Below are positions 8,896 to 17,267 of a stretch of 64,000 nucleotides of DNA, piece by piece (position 1 is the first letter of the stretch; every line of letters begins with the position of its first letter). Below the pieces are notes generated by a model. That model searched no databases and was not told the DNA's origin. It worked only from the letters and a program-made list of their open reading frames with translations. The DNA is from a virus: IMG/VR virus record IMGVR_UViG_3300044648_000206, positions 8,265 through 72,264 of that record; one strand, written 5' to 3'. A program made the translations under genes and the position numbers.

Positions 8896-9195
8896 GTGAT
8901 CAGTTTCCAGGCGAAGGTCGAGTCCTCGCCCAGTCCGTTCTCTCGGCACTGCCGGGTGCACATCTACTCGATGGCGACGACGGGGTCGGCCTACCTGGGG
9001 ACACTGCTGATGCCGGACGCCGAGGCCGAGGCGTTCGTCGAGTTCATCAACCAAGCGACTCTGGAAAGGACTGACATTGGCCGGGAGCAGCTACTACGAC
9101 CTGCCACACGTGACGCCCCAGCTGCCGCCGAAGAACCTGAGCGAACAGGAGTTCCGGGCCTGGGAGCGCCGGAGCGCACAGATCACGCTGGCTGA
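8896..9195 (+). CDS. hypothetical protein
   Basis: GGAG RBS; overlaps next ORF by 119 bp. Confidence 0.5.
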   Translation: MISFQAKVESSPSPFSRHCRVHIYSMATTGSAYLGTLLMPDAEAEAFVEFINQATLERTDIGREQLLRPATRDAPAAAEEPERTGVPGLGAPERTDHAG

Positions 9196-9361
9196 GCTGG
9201 CCGGCAGTCCCGGTGAGGTGGACCGGGAGGCCCTGCTCGAGACGCTGGAGGCGCTGGGCTTCATCGACACCCCGCCACCGACGCTGCCGGCCCACTGGAA
9301 GAAGAAGACCGGCGGCATCGCCCCGGACGCGCCACGCACCGCTCGGCGCGACCGGCCATAG
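9077..9361 (+). CDS. hypothetical protein
   Basis: AAAGGACTGAC RBS, TTG start. Confidence 0.6.
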   Translation: MAGSSYYDLPHVTPQLPPKNLSEQEFRAWERRSAQITLAELAGSPGEVDREALLETLEALGFIDTPPPTLPAHWKKKTGGIAPDAPRTARRDRP

Positions 9362-9363
9362 AC

Positions 9364-9416
9364 GCAGGAGCCCCCGGGGTGGTGCTTAGCGGTCCCTCCC
9401 CCGGGGGCTTCTGCTT
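9364..9416 (+). terminator. intrinsic terminator-like hairpin
   Basis: GCAGGAGCCCCCGGGG / CCCCGGGGGCTTCTGC inverted repeat right after a stop codon. Confidence 0.7.
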
Positions 9417-9438
9417 GTCCGCAGAGAGGAGGTGAGAG

Positions 9439-9915
9439 ATGTGGGGTGACTACGGACCCCAGTACGACGTCACCGACAACGAGTACCTGGCCGAGATCAG
9501 CACGGTCTCCCGGGACATCGCCGAGGACGTCATGCTCGAGGAGTACGCGAAGCAGAACGTGATGCGGCGGTGGCTCTTCGACGTCATCACCGCCTGCGCT
9601 TGGGGCTACGAGCTGCATGAGGAGTGCGGCGGTCCTGGGCAGCCTGAGTGCCCGTTCTGCGTGCACTGGACCGGGCCGGTGGTCAAGGTCCGGGCCACCG
9701 CCCGGGCGGCCAAGCGGATGATCGCCGAGATCGCCGAGAGCGAGGATCTCGATCCCTTCGACGTCATCAACAACGAGGACCCGGAGGTGTTCGCGCGCCA
9801 CGTCCTTGTCTCCCAGGCCTTGGTCGAGGAGCTGTCGGGGGCGGCCGCGGACTACGCCAAGGAGATCCAGCACAAGCGCACACTGTGGGCGAAGGAGCTC
9901 GAGGGGCTCGATTGA
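9439..9915 (+). CDS. hypothetical protein
   Basis: Strong RBS AGGAGGT; C..H..C..CPFC cluster. Confidence 0.7.
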   Translation: MWGDYGPQYDVTDNEYLAEISTVSRDIAEDVMLEEYAKQNVMRRWLFDVITACAWGYELHEECGGPGQPECPFCVHWTGPVVKVRATARAAKRMIAEIAESEDLDPFDVINNEDPEVFARHVLVSQALVEELSGAAADYAKEIQHKRTLWAKELEGLD

Positions 9916-9940
9916 CTCTCGACAACTTTTCGCTTACAAT
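9912..9940 (+). promoter_or_regulatory. sigma-A/HrdB-type early promoter P2
   Basis: TTGACT-17 bp-TACAAT; spacer CAACTTTTCGC shared with P1. Confidence 0.85.
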
Positions 9941-9946
9941 GGAGGC

Positions 9947-10135
9947 ACGCGGGTAGATCTATGCCCGTTGGTAGCCCGGTTGCAGGGCGTGGAACATGCT
10001 TCCACGAGGTGACTGGCCGGACTGCCTCCCCACTCTCCCGGTGTCGTCCGTCATCCCCCGTCAGGCGGCACCGGGGCTCTACGGCCCCTCAGCGCGGTCA
10101 CCCCCGTTACTGCGCTGAGGGGCTCTTTCATGCCC
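9947..10135 (+). other. structured 5' leader (four hairpins, last terminator-like)
   Basis: CGGGTA/TGCCCG; GGTAGCCCGGTT...GGCCGGACTGCC; CCCGGTGTCG/CGGCACCGGG; GCCCCTCAGCGCGG/CTGCGCTGAGGGGC+TCTTT. Confidence 0.55.
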
Positions 10136-10149
10136 GGAGGGAGGGCACC

Positions 10150-10347
10150 ATGAAGCAAGGACTGCACCACGTCACTGGCTACCTGGCCTTGTTCGTGGTG
10201 CTTCTGCTGTTCCTGGGGCCGATCTGGGCTTTCCTGATCGGCTTCTTCGGCGTGCTGCTCGGTCCGATCTGGATCGGGCTCTTGCTCTGGTTCACCGGTC
10301 GGGCCATGCTGGTCGACCTATGGGGAGCCATCACACGCCGCCTCTAG
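10150..10347 (+). CDS. small membrane protein
   Basis: GGAGG RBS; hydrophobic, LGPIW repeated twice. Confidence 0.7.
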   Translation: MKQGLHHVTGYLALFVVLLLFLGPIWAFLIGFFGVLLGPIWIGLLLWFTGRAMLVDLWGAITRRL

Positions 10348-10504
10348 CTACGGGGGCTCACCGCGTCGGTTTCACCCCTGACGCCGGCACGGTGAGTTCC
10401 CGTTGGGCCCGTCCCAGCCGTCTCCCGGTCCGCCGGGTGAGATCCAGCGGCTGGGGCGGGCCTCCTGCTGTCATCAGTCAGGGGACCCACAGAAAGGACT
10501 GACA

Positions 10505-10714
10505 ATGGTCGGCTCGCTGACTGTGCTCAGGTCGGGTGAGGACACCCGCACCTGGGACACCGCTCAGCCGGACTCCGTCGAGGAGGTGCGCGCCAAGTTC
10601 GACGAGATCGTCGGCGCTGGTGGCACCGCTCTCGCCGGTGACGGCACCCGTCTCGACAAGTTCGACGAGACGCAGCCCGAGATCACCGTCCTCCCGCAGT
10701 ACCAGGGCGGCTGA
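10505..10714 (+). CDS. ubiquitin-like (ThiS/MoaD/CysO-type C-terminus) 69-aa protein ending in GG
   Basis: AAAGGA RBS; ends EITVLPQYQGG-stop. Confidence 0.65.
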   Translation: MVGSLTVLRSGEDTRTWDTAQPDSVEEVRAKFDEIVGAGGTALAGDGTRLDKFDETQPEITVLPQYQGG

Positions 10715-10730
10715 TCGTTCCGTGTGACCA

Positions 10731-10777
10731 GTGCCGCCCCGGGGCCATCTGCCCCAGTCCAGGCCTCGGGGCGGCAC
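10731..10777 (+). terminator. hairpin between the Ubl-like gene and its partner genes
   Basis: GTGCCGCCCCGGGGCC / GGCCTCGGGGCGGCAC. Confidence 0.55.
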
Positions 10778-10797
10778 GTCACGGAGAGGGGGTTGCA

Positions 10798-11235
10798 ATG
10801 TTCCGATCATCTGCGCGGGACAGCTGGACCGCGCTGGACGACGTGGTCATCCCGCAGCTACGGAAGCTGCTTGGTGACCGGTTCCCGCTCGAGGAAGAGA
10901 TCATTCAGATCTCGTGGGACAACGACCGGATGGAGCGCACGCTCTACTCGGTGCCGGTGACGAGCCTGCAGTCCGGCACCGTCTGGCGGGTGCTCTGCCA
11001 CGGCGGGATCAGCAACAACCTGCGGGTCGAGGCCCGGGGGAGATTCCGCGTGGCCAAGAAGGGCTCGCTCTGGCAGCTGAACGTGGGCGACCGGATGTGC
11101 TCGCAGCCAAGGGTCTGGCACGACGAGACCCCTCGGACCGGCTTCCGCATGGAGGACCACCTGGCGCGGTTCTACGCCGCCCAGGTCTTCGGACTGTGGG
11201 CAGCCGAGGACAAGCTGCTGGCGGTGGGAGAGTGA
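10798..11235 (+). CDS. conserved-Cys protein, paralog A
   Basis: VTSLQSGTVWRV..GG..NNL...MC...YAAQVFGL...EDKLL; aligns with the next ORF. Confidence 0.7.
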   Translation: MFRSSARDSWTALDDVVIPQLRKLLGDRFPLEEEIIQISWDNDRMERTLYSVPVTSLQSGTVWRVLCHGGISNNLRVEARGRFRVAKKGSLWQLNVGDRMCSQPRVWHDETPRTGFRMEDHLARFYAAQVFGLWAAEDKLLAVGE

Positions 11236-11588
11236 AGCGCCTACTGGACTACCTCAGCCCAGAGGAGGCCGCGGGTGTCCTGCCGCCCAGACGCCACGCG
11301 ACGTGGCCGTACGAGGGCCACATCCGGCTCGCGAGCGTGAGCACCGGCAACGTCTGGGACCTCAAGCTCGGCCCGTACTACGACGGCAACATCCAGGCCG
11401 TCGACATCAAGCAGCGAGTGCGGGCCCGGGACGGCTGGGTCGACGACGGGCACTGGGTCTGCGTCGGGGTGGTGACTGACCCGCAGTACCTGTTCAGTCG
11501 GCCGTCTGACTTCGAGCTGTCTTACATCGCCCAGTACCTGGCCCTCAAGTTCGACGAGAAGAACTTCATCGGCAGGGGGTACCTGTGA
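11232..11588 (+). CDS. conserved-Cys protein, paralog B
   Basis: GTGA overlap; LLDYLSPEE...LASVSTGNVWDL..G...GNI...VC...YIAQYLALKFDEKNFI. Confidence 0.7.
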   Translation: MKRLLDYLSPEEAAGVLPPRRHATWPYEGHIRLASVSTGNVWDLKLGPYYDGNIQAVDIKQRVRARDGWVDDGHWVCVGVVTDPQYLFSRPSDFELSYIAQYLALKFDEKNFIGRGYL

Positions 11589-11905
11589 CCGAGCACATCG
11601 ACAGTGGGCCGAGCGAGGAGTTTCCCGACCGGCCCGACCACCCGCACTTCCGGCTCCTGGCCAACCTGGCACAGGACTTGGACGGCGACACCGGGGCCCG
11701 AGCCCCTGGTCCGGAGGCCTTCTTCGAGGCCGAGAAGCTGGACGAGGCCTCGGTGTCCTACATGGCGGCCCAGCGCACCAACCGGGCCATCATGGCGGCC
11801 ATCCAGCTGGGGATCTCGAGCCCCGAGGTCATCATCCAGGCGGCGGTGATCGACGGCTTCGCCCTGGGCTACCTGATGGCCCTGAACCGCCCGGACCTCC
11901 CGTGA
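11585..11905 (+). CDS. hypothetical protein
   Basis: Coupled ORF; FPDRPDHPHFRLL...IDGFALG. Confidence 0.7.
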   Translation: MTEHIDSGPSEEFPDRPDHPHFRLLANLAQDLDGDTGARAPGPEAFFEAEKLDEASVSYMAAQRTNRAIMAAIQLGISSPEVIIQAAVIDGFALGYLMALNRPDLP

Positions 11906-12108
11906 CGTGGGGAGAGTCCTTGGAGGACGCCCGGAAGCGGCGCACACTCCAGGTACGACGCCTGACCCGCGAGCTACACATGGCCGAAGCCAGGCTCGCG
12001 CACGTCGAGTACATGATCCAGCAGCGCGACCGCCAGGCCCAGGAGGGCAAGCACCGGCGGCCGCAGCCTCAGCTGGTCACAGACACGGCTCCCCCAGGAA
12101 GGAGTTAG
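11902..12108 (+). CDS. small coiled-coil protein
   Basis: GTGA overlap. Confidence 0.55.
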   Translation: MTWGESLEDARKRRTLQVRRLTRELHMAEARLAHVEYMIQQRDRQAQEGKHRRPQPQLVTDTAPPGRS

Positions 12109-12195
12109 GGAGGAGTCGAGCCCAGCCAATCTGGGCAGCCGCCGCAGTAGAGGCGGCCACTTCGATGAGAACGCAACCAACAGGAGAGTGACATC

Positions 12196-12915
12196 ATGAG
12201 CGCAACCACTGCGCCCCCAGAGGACAAGGTCGCCGGCGCTGCAGCTGACGCCACCGAGTCCTTCATCAAGGTGATCGGCCGGAAGATCCGCGCCGGCGCC
12301 ACCCGCACCAAGCTGTTCGCCATCCGCGTCTGGACCGGCGGTCGGCGCAACACTGCCCGGGGAGCCAAGGCTTCCTGGCACGGCATCAAGGTCGCAGCGA
12401 GGTGGGTCGCCTTCGGCGTCACCTGGGTGCTGATGGCCATCGGGCTGGCGGTCTACACGATCTTCCGCTGGCTCGGCATCGTGGTGATCAAGCTGCTGGA
12501 CCTGCTCCTGCTGGTCATCGTCGCGGTGCTCACCGGCGTCGCGTTCGTGCTCGAGTACGCGGTCTACTTCGTGGTCCGGGTTGCCCTGTTCGTCGGGCTG
12601 CTGCTCGGATCGCTCTACTTCCTGCTCCGGGACGGCAAGACTGCGGTCAAGACCGACTGGGAGCTGTTCTGGGTCGGCCTCAAGCCGCGGAACTGGAAGT
12701 ACATGACTCTGGGGACCATCGCCGAGATGGTGGTCACCAGCAAGGCGGCTCCGCCACGGCGCACGGCGGAGTCCAACGGTCGGGGCTCTCGTCCTGCGGC
12801 GGCCACGCGCACGGCGCGGAACCAGGCGGGCAAGGGGAGGCCCACGCCGAGGCGGTCCACCCGGCGGAGCTCGAAGCTGCCTGGTGCCCGCGTCCGAGGC
12901 GCAGCAACTGCGTAG
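12196..12915 (+). CDS. membrane protein with basic C-terminal tail
   Basis: AGGAG RBS; ~75-residue hydrophobic stretch; followed by hairpin 12933-12976. Confidence 0.7.
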   Translation: MSATTAPPEDKVAGAAADATESFIKVIGRKIRAGATRTKLFAIRVWTGGRRNTARGAKASWHGIKVAARWVAFGVTWVLMAIGLAVYTIFRWLGIVVIKLLDLLLLVIVAVLTGVAFVLEYAVYFVVRVALFVGLLLGSLYFLLRDGKTAVKTDWELFWVGLKPRNWKYMTLGTIAEMVVTSKAAPPRRTAESNGRGSRPAAATRTARNQAGKGRPTPRRSTRRSSKLPGARVRGAATA

Positions 12916-13019
12916 GCCCGACCGTTGATGACGGCCCAGCCCCCGGTAACCCGTCAGTCCGCCGGGGGCTGGGTCTCATCGCGATTGGTGCGCCCACCAT
13001 GACAGGAAGGAAGGACTCC

Positions 13020-13301
13020 TTGCCTGACAGTGCAGCGACCACTTCATCGAGACAGTTCGTTCGACTGTGGTCCAACAGCGTCCTGCTCCAGGCTCACGCC
13101 TCGCGGGACTCCAAGTTTCTGATAGTCCCGGTGCTCCGCAACAAGTCGATTGCGGGGTGGCGGGTCTACGAAACCTCGACCGGCCAACTCCTGGTTCCTG
13201 AGACTTCCGTGACCGGCGTACCCGAGGGGTACGCCGATGGAGTCTGGGAACAGCTCTACCAGGCCAGGGATTGGATCACCACTCTCTACGGGAGGACGTG
13301 A
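13020..13301 (+). CDS. hypothetical protein
   Basis: AAGGA RBS, TTG start; C-terminal part of the 12402 ORF. Confidence 0.55.
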   Translation: MPDSAATTSSRQFVRLWSNSVLLQAHASRDSKFLIVPVLRNKSIAGWRVYETSTGQLLVPETSVTGVPEGYADGVWEQLYQARDWITTLYGRT

Positions 13302-13639
13302 TGGCGCGCGTAGCGTTCGACGTCTCCCTGACCGATCCCTCGGTGGAGTTTGAGGGGTGCACGGTCCGCAAGATCGAGTACGAGCACACCGCGACGACCA
13401 AGCGGGTGTGCATCGAGCTCGACACCCGAGAGGTGCCTGAGGGGCCGGACATCATCCTCCCCGAGGGCACCTGGACGGTGGTCGATCGGCAGGACGACGC
13501 ACGAGCCGGTGCCGTCCTGCCGATCGTCGGCGAGTTCGCCACCAAGAGCGAGGCCGAGGCCGCGATCGTCGGCCTGGAGTACCTGGTGCCGACCGCGGTC
13601 AAGGAGGGCCGCTTCGGCATCGACAGCCCGGAGGAGTAG
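13301..13639 (+). CDS. hypothetical protein
   Basis: GGAGG RBS; TGATG coupling; followed by hairpin 13644-13682. Confidence 0.7.
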   Translation: MARVAFDVSLTDPSVEFEGCTVRKIEYEHTATTKRVCIELDTREVPEGPDIILPEGTWTVVDRQDDARAGAVLPIVGEFATKSEAEAAIVGLEYLVPTAVKEGRFGIDSPEE

Positions 13640-13734
13640 ACATTGGCCCGGGTGGATCTCTTCGCGGAGGTTCACCCGGGCCGCTCTGCTTTCTGCTTAG
13701 ATTCTGCTGTCACCTCTGGAAAGGACCATGGACC

Positions 13735-14142
13735 GTGCCGATTGACGTACAAGCCGTCTTCGCTGATGCCTCCGACATGATCGACGGAGGCAGCCTCGGT
13801 GAAGACGTGGACTTCGACCATCGAGACCTGCTGCGCGAGGTCGCCGAGCTGATCTCGGAGGCGCTGGGCAACCTGCACGGCATCGGCGACGACCCGATGC
13901 AGAACGACGAGCTGCTCCGCACGGCCGTGACCGGGGTGGCGCTCAAGAGCTTCCTGGCCGGGAACCTGGCCGGGCTCGCCAGCTCCGGTGCCCCCGGCGG
14001 TGGCGAGAGCGGTGTGGTGGTCCGCTGCAGCCCCGGCGAGCTCGAGCAGATCGGGCTCGCTGCGATCCGGGACGGCGTGCTCACCTTCCACCTGGTCTCT
14101 GACATCGAGCCGCCCTCCGAGGACGACTCGGCAACTGACTGA
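13735..14142 (+). CDS. acidic hypothetical protein
   Basis: Strong GC3 bias. Confidence 0.6.
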   Translation: MPIDVQAVFADASDMIDGGSLGEDVDFDHRDLLREVAELISEALGNLHGIGDDPMQNDELLRTAVTGVALKSFLAGNLAGLASSGAPGGGESGVVVRCSPGELEQIGLAAIRDGVLTFHLVSDIEPPSEDDSATD

Positions 14143-14230
14143 CCCCTGCCCCTCCAGACGGGGGTGGCGGTCGGGCGGGTGCGAGGACCCCGACCGTCAC
14201 TCCCAACCACCCCTGAACGGAGGAAGATCC

Positions 14231-14518
14231 TTGCGTGCGCTGATCCAACGGTTCGCTGCGGTCGTCATCGCCAAGCTGCGCCGCTTCGTCCAGTACTACA
14301 CGGACGCCCATCGAGAGAGGGCTATGGAGCCGTGGGAGGAGAGCATCGCTCGAGCGTCATTGCTCTGGCTACTCGAACAGGTGACCAGCAGGTTCCATCG
14401 GTTCCCCTGGCTCAACCCGATGACAAGGGCGCACGTCCAGGAGGAGTTCGAGAAGATAGTCGTGATCCTGCGCTCGGACTGGGTGGCCGACATCCACCAG
14501 GACGGGGCCAGCGCGTGA
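14231..14518 (+). CDS. hypothetical protein
   Basis: GGAGG RBS, TTG start. Confidence 0.5.
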   Translation: MRALIQRFAAVVIAKLRRFVQYYTDAHRERAMEPWEESIARASLLWLLEQVTSRFHRFPWLNPMTRAHVQEEFEKIVVILRSDWVADIHQDGASA

Positions 14519-14748
14519 GCAGTAAGGAACCCCGGCCGGTGAGGTTTCACGACCTGCCGGCCGACTACTACCCCTTCGTGATCGAGTTCGTCGACGAGAC
14601 CGAGGGCAAGGTGGTCCACACCGTCGAGGTGCCCGACGCCAGCGCAGTCGCGATCCCGCGCCTGAGCAAGGAGCTGGGCGTGCCGATCGGCGTCCGGGTC
14701 ACCTACGCCAACGGCAAGGTCATCTACGAGGGGGCTGCGTCGCCGTGA
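14515..14748 (+). CDS. hypothetical protein
   Basis: GTGA coupling at both ends. Confidence 0.6.
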   Translation: MSSKEPRPVRFHDLPADYYPFVIEFVDETEGKVVHTVEVPDASAVAIPRLSKELGVPIGVRVTYANGKVIYEGAASP

Positions 14749-15230
14749 TCAAGATGTGCCAGACATGCTTCCGAGCTCTGTTCGAGCTTCGGGACGCTGC
14801 GACCGGCCAGATCATCGGCTACGCGCACCACTCGGCTGACGAGACCATCTTCGCGAGAGAGGGGATGGCTCACCAGCCGATCGCCGTCGATCCTGACCGG
14901 CGCTTTCTGTTCCGGCGTTGCGACCTCTGCAACGTCCCGCTCAACCCGCAGATCCCAGTGATCAAGCTGCCGTGCCAGAGCTACCTGCGCCCAGACGGCC
15001 TGCTCTCGGACGGCGACTACGAGCTGTGCCAGACCGACGCCGAGCTGGTGGCGGTCGGTCGCTGGGGCTTGCTGGGGGAGCGGGTGCACGCCAGCTGGCG
15101 CATGTTCCGTGACCCGCTGGACCACCCACCCACGTTCGACGAGGTGCTGACCTGGATGGGTGCGCTGCGCAACGCCGTGCTGGGTCCGCCTTACGAGGAG
15201 GAGCCATGGACCGCTACATCCCCAAGATGA
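14745..15230 (+). CDS. Cys-containing hypothetical protein
   Basis: CQTC, CDLC motifs. Confidence 0.6.
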   Translation: MIKMCQTCFRALFELRDAATGQIIGYAHHSADETIFAREGMAHQPIAVDPDRRFLFRRCDLCNVPLNPQIPVIKLPCQSYLRPDGLLSDGDYELCQTDAELVAVGRWGLLGERVHASWRMFRDPLDHPPTFDEVLTWMGALRNAVLGPPYEEEPWTATSPR

Positions 15231-15388
15231 TGACCGGAGGACTCAAGCGTTGGGGCCTCTGGGACACGCAGGAAGGAGCCTGGTGGGAAGGCGAGTTTCC
15301 CACTGCCCAGTACGCCGCGGGCGTGCCCTACTGGAAGACCTCCAGGGCCGTCGTCGAGGCAGCTGTGGCGATCAACCGAGAGGACTGA
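15206..15388 (+). CDS. small hypothetical protein
   Basis: GGAGGAG RBS. Confidence 0.6.
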   Translation: MDRYIPKMMTGGLKRWGLWDTQEGAWWEGEFPTAQYAAGVPYWKTSRAVVEAAVAINRED

Positions 15389-15392
15389 CACC

Positions 15393-16565
15393 ATGGAGAA
15401 GATCAACGACAAGCTGCTGAACTGGGCCTCGATCCTCGAGGACAACACCCGCCGGCAGGCCGAGGCCACCTCGCGCCTGCCGTTCGTGTTCCCGCACGTA
15501 GCCCTGATGCCCGACGCCCACCTTGGCAAGGGCGCCACGGTCGGCTCGGTCATCCCCACCGAGCGGGCCATCATCCCGGCGGCGGTCGGGGTGGACATCG
15601 GCTGCGGCATGATCGCGGTCCGCAGCCAGTGGACCTGGACCGAGTGGCAGATCGTGACAGGGCCGAACCAGGCGCCGCTGCGGGAGGCCATCGAGCGGGC
15701 CATCCCGCTCTCGGCCGGTCGCTACAACGAGCGCCTGATCAACTCGGCCGATGCCAAGGCCCGCGAGCTGGACCGCACCGAGGGCATCGAGACGGCCGAG
15801 AAGATCGCCCCGTCCTGGCCCCGCCAGCTGGGCACCCTGGGCTCGGGCAACCACTTCATCGAGATCACCGTCGATGAGGCGGACCGGGTGTGGCTGTTCC
15901 TGCACTCCGGCTCCCGGGGCGTGGGCAACAAGATGGCCCAGAAGCACATCAAGACCGCCCAGGAGCTGTGCAAGCGGTGGCACATCCGGCTCGAGGACCC
16001 CGACCTGGCCTACCTGGTCGAGGGCACCGACGAGTTCTGGGCCTACATCCGCGACCTGCGGTGGGCCCAGAAGTTCGCCCTGCTCAACCGCGAGGAGATG
16101 ATGGACCGCCTCGTGAAGTGCGTGGAGGAGTTCACCCAGGTCCCGGTCATCCGGGAGCAGACGATCAACTGCCACCACAACTACACCGAGCAGGAGAAGC
16201 ACTTCGGTCGGCCGGTGTGGCTCTCGCGCAAGGGAGCCATCGACGCCTCCGAGGGCACCTGGGGGCTGATCCCGGGCTCCATGGGCGCGGCCTCCTACGT
16301 GGTGCAGGGCAAGGGCAACCGGGTGGCCCTGAACAGCTCCCCGCACGGAGCTGGCCGGGTGTTCTCCCGGGGCGTGGCCAAGCGGACCTTCACCCTGGAG
16401 GACCTGGCCGACCGGATGAAGGGCATCGAGTGGCGCGAGTCCAAGGCCTTCCTGGACGAGCACCCGGACGCCTACAAGAACATCGACGTCGTGATGGCTG
16501 ACGCCGCCGATCTGGTCGAGGTGAAGCACGAGCTGCACCAGGTGCTCAACGTGAAGGGGGACTGA
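15393..16565 (+). CDS. rtcB: RtcB RNA ligase
   Basis: MPDAHLGKG, VGVDIGCG, LGTLGSGNHFIE, LHSGSRG, HHNY, RKGA, IPGSMG, SPHGAGR, DEHPDAYK. Confidence 0.96.
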   Translation: MEKINDKLLNWASILEDNTRRQAEATSRLPFVFPHVALMPDAHLGKGATVGSVIPTERAIIPAAVGVDIGCGMIAVRSQWTWTEWQIVTGPNQAPLREAIERAIPLSAGRYNERLINSADAKARELDRTEGIETAEKIAPSWPRQLGTLGSGNHFIEITVDEADRVWLFLHSGSRGVGNKMAQKHIKTAQELCKRWHIRLEDPDLAYLVEGTDEFWAYIRDLRWAQKFALLNREEMMDRLVKCVEEFTQVPVIREQTINCHHNYTEQEKHFGRPVWLSRKGAIDASEGTWGLIPGSMGAASYVVQGKGNRVALNSSPHGAGRVFSRGVAKRTFTLEDLADRMKGIEWRESKAFLDEHPDAYKNIDVVMADAADLVEVKHELHQVLNVKGD

Positions 16566-16825
16566 TGAAGGGCCCCGAGGGCTACGGCCGGTACAACGAC
16601 GACCCGGACTTCGTGGGGTGCCCGCGTGCGAAGTCCGACATGACGCCCTGTGTGGCCCGTGACGGCTCGATGGCCGTCGTGGACACCGGGGAGTGCGTCG
16701 GCTGCGGTCGACGCCCTGGCGGCCTGCTGGACGAGCTCCTGCAGGCAACTGGGGAGCAGCACCCCGGCGGGCAGGACGCGGACGCCCTCCGTGACCTGGT
16801 GCTGGTCGTTACGGAGCCGTCATGA
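16565..16825 (+). CDS. small Cys-rich protein
   Basis: CPRA....TPC.ARDG......CVGC. Confidence 0.65.
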   Translation: MKGPEGYGRYNDDPDFVGCPRAKSDMTPCVARDGSMAVVDTGECVGCGRRPGGLLDELLQATGEQHPGGQDADALRDLVLVVTEPS

Positions 16826-16953
16826 CCGTCTGCTACCACTCACCGGACCGTCAGCACAGGTGGGAGCCGTTGAGGCGTGGCGACGATCCGCCCCGCAAGG
16901 TCTGCTCCGCTTGCGGTGAGGTCGCTGCCCAGCCCACGAAGGGAGGGAGCTAA
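16822..16953 (+). CDS. 43-aa Zn-binding mini-protein (not in ORF track)
   Basis: MTVCYHSPDRQHRW...KVCSACGE; coupled on both sides. Confidence 0.5.
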   Translation: MTVCYHSPDRQHRWEPLRRGDDPPRKVCSACGEVAAQPTKGGS

Positions 16954-17141
16954 TGCCGGTCTCGATCATGGACGTCGAGTTCGTCAAGGTAGGGGAGACC
17001 AAGCACAACTACGTCTTCCGGCAGCCGAAGCACATCAAGACCAACCTGCACACGACCATCCTCTACATCAACAAGGCCCAGTTCCCAGACGGGCCTCCCG
17101 ACCGGATCACCGCGGTGATCGAAGCTCGAACGAAGGGCTGA
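16953..17141 (+). CDS. small hypothetical protein
   Basis: GGAGGGAG RBS; followed by hairpin 17168-17201. Confidence 0.65.
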   Translation: MPVSIMDVEFVKVGETKHNYVFRQPKHIKTNLHTTILYINKAQFPDGPPDRITAVIEARTKG

Positions 17142-17267
17142 TACCAGCAACAGAAACCTGGCTCCACCGGCCGCCTGACCCTCCGTGGGTTGGGCGGCCG
17201 TTGTCGTTTCGCGTCCGATCAGGGCGCCACTTAGACCGAACCACACATCTCTCATGGAGGACCGAAC

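Noticed and set aside
9941-10032. GGAGGCA...TGCCTCC-CCA looked like a tRNA acceptor stem
   Set aside because: No D or T loop consensus, and the 5' arm lies between the -10 and the expected TSS, so it would not be transcribed.
10505-10714. Pup (prokaryotic ubiquitin-like protein) homolog
   Set aside because: Ends GG-stop rather than GGE/GGQ and lacks Pup's helical motif; kept as a beta-grasp-like candidate instead.
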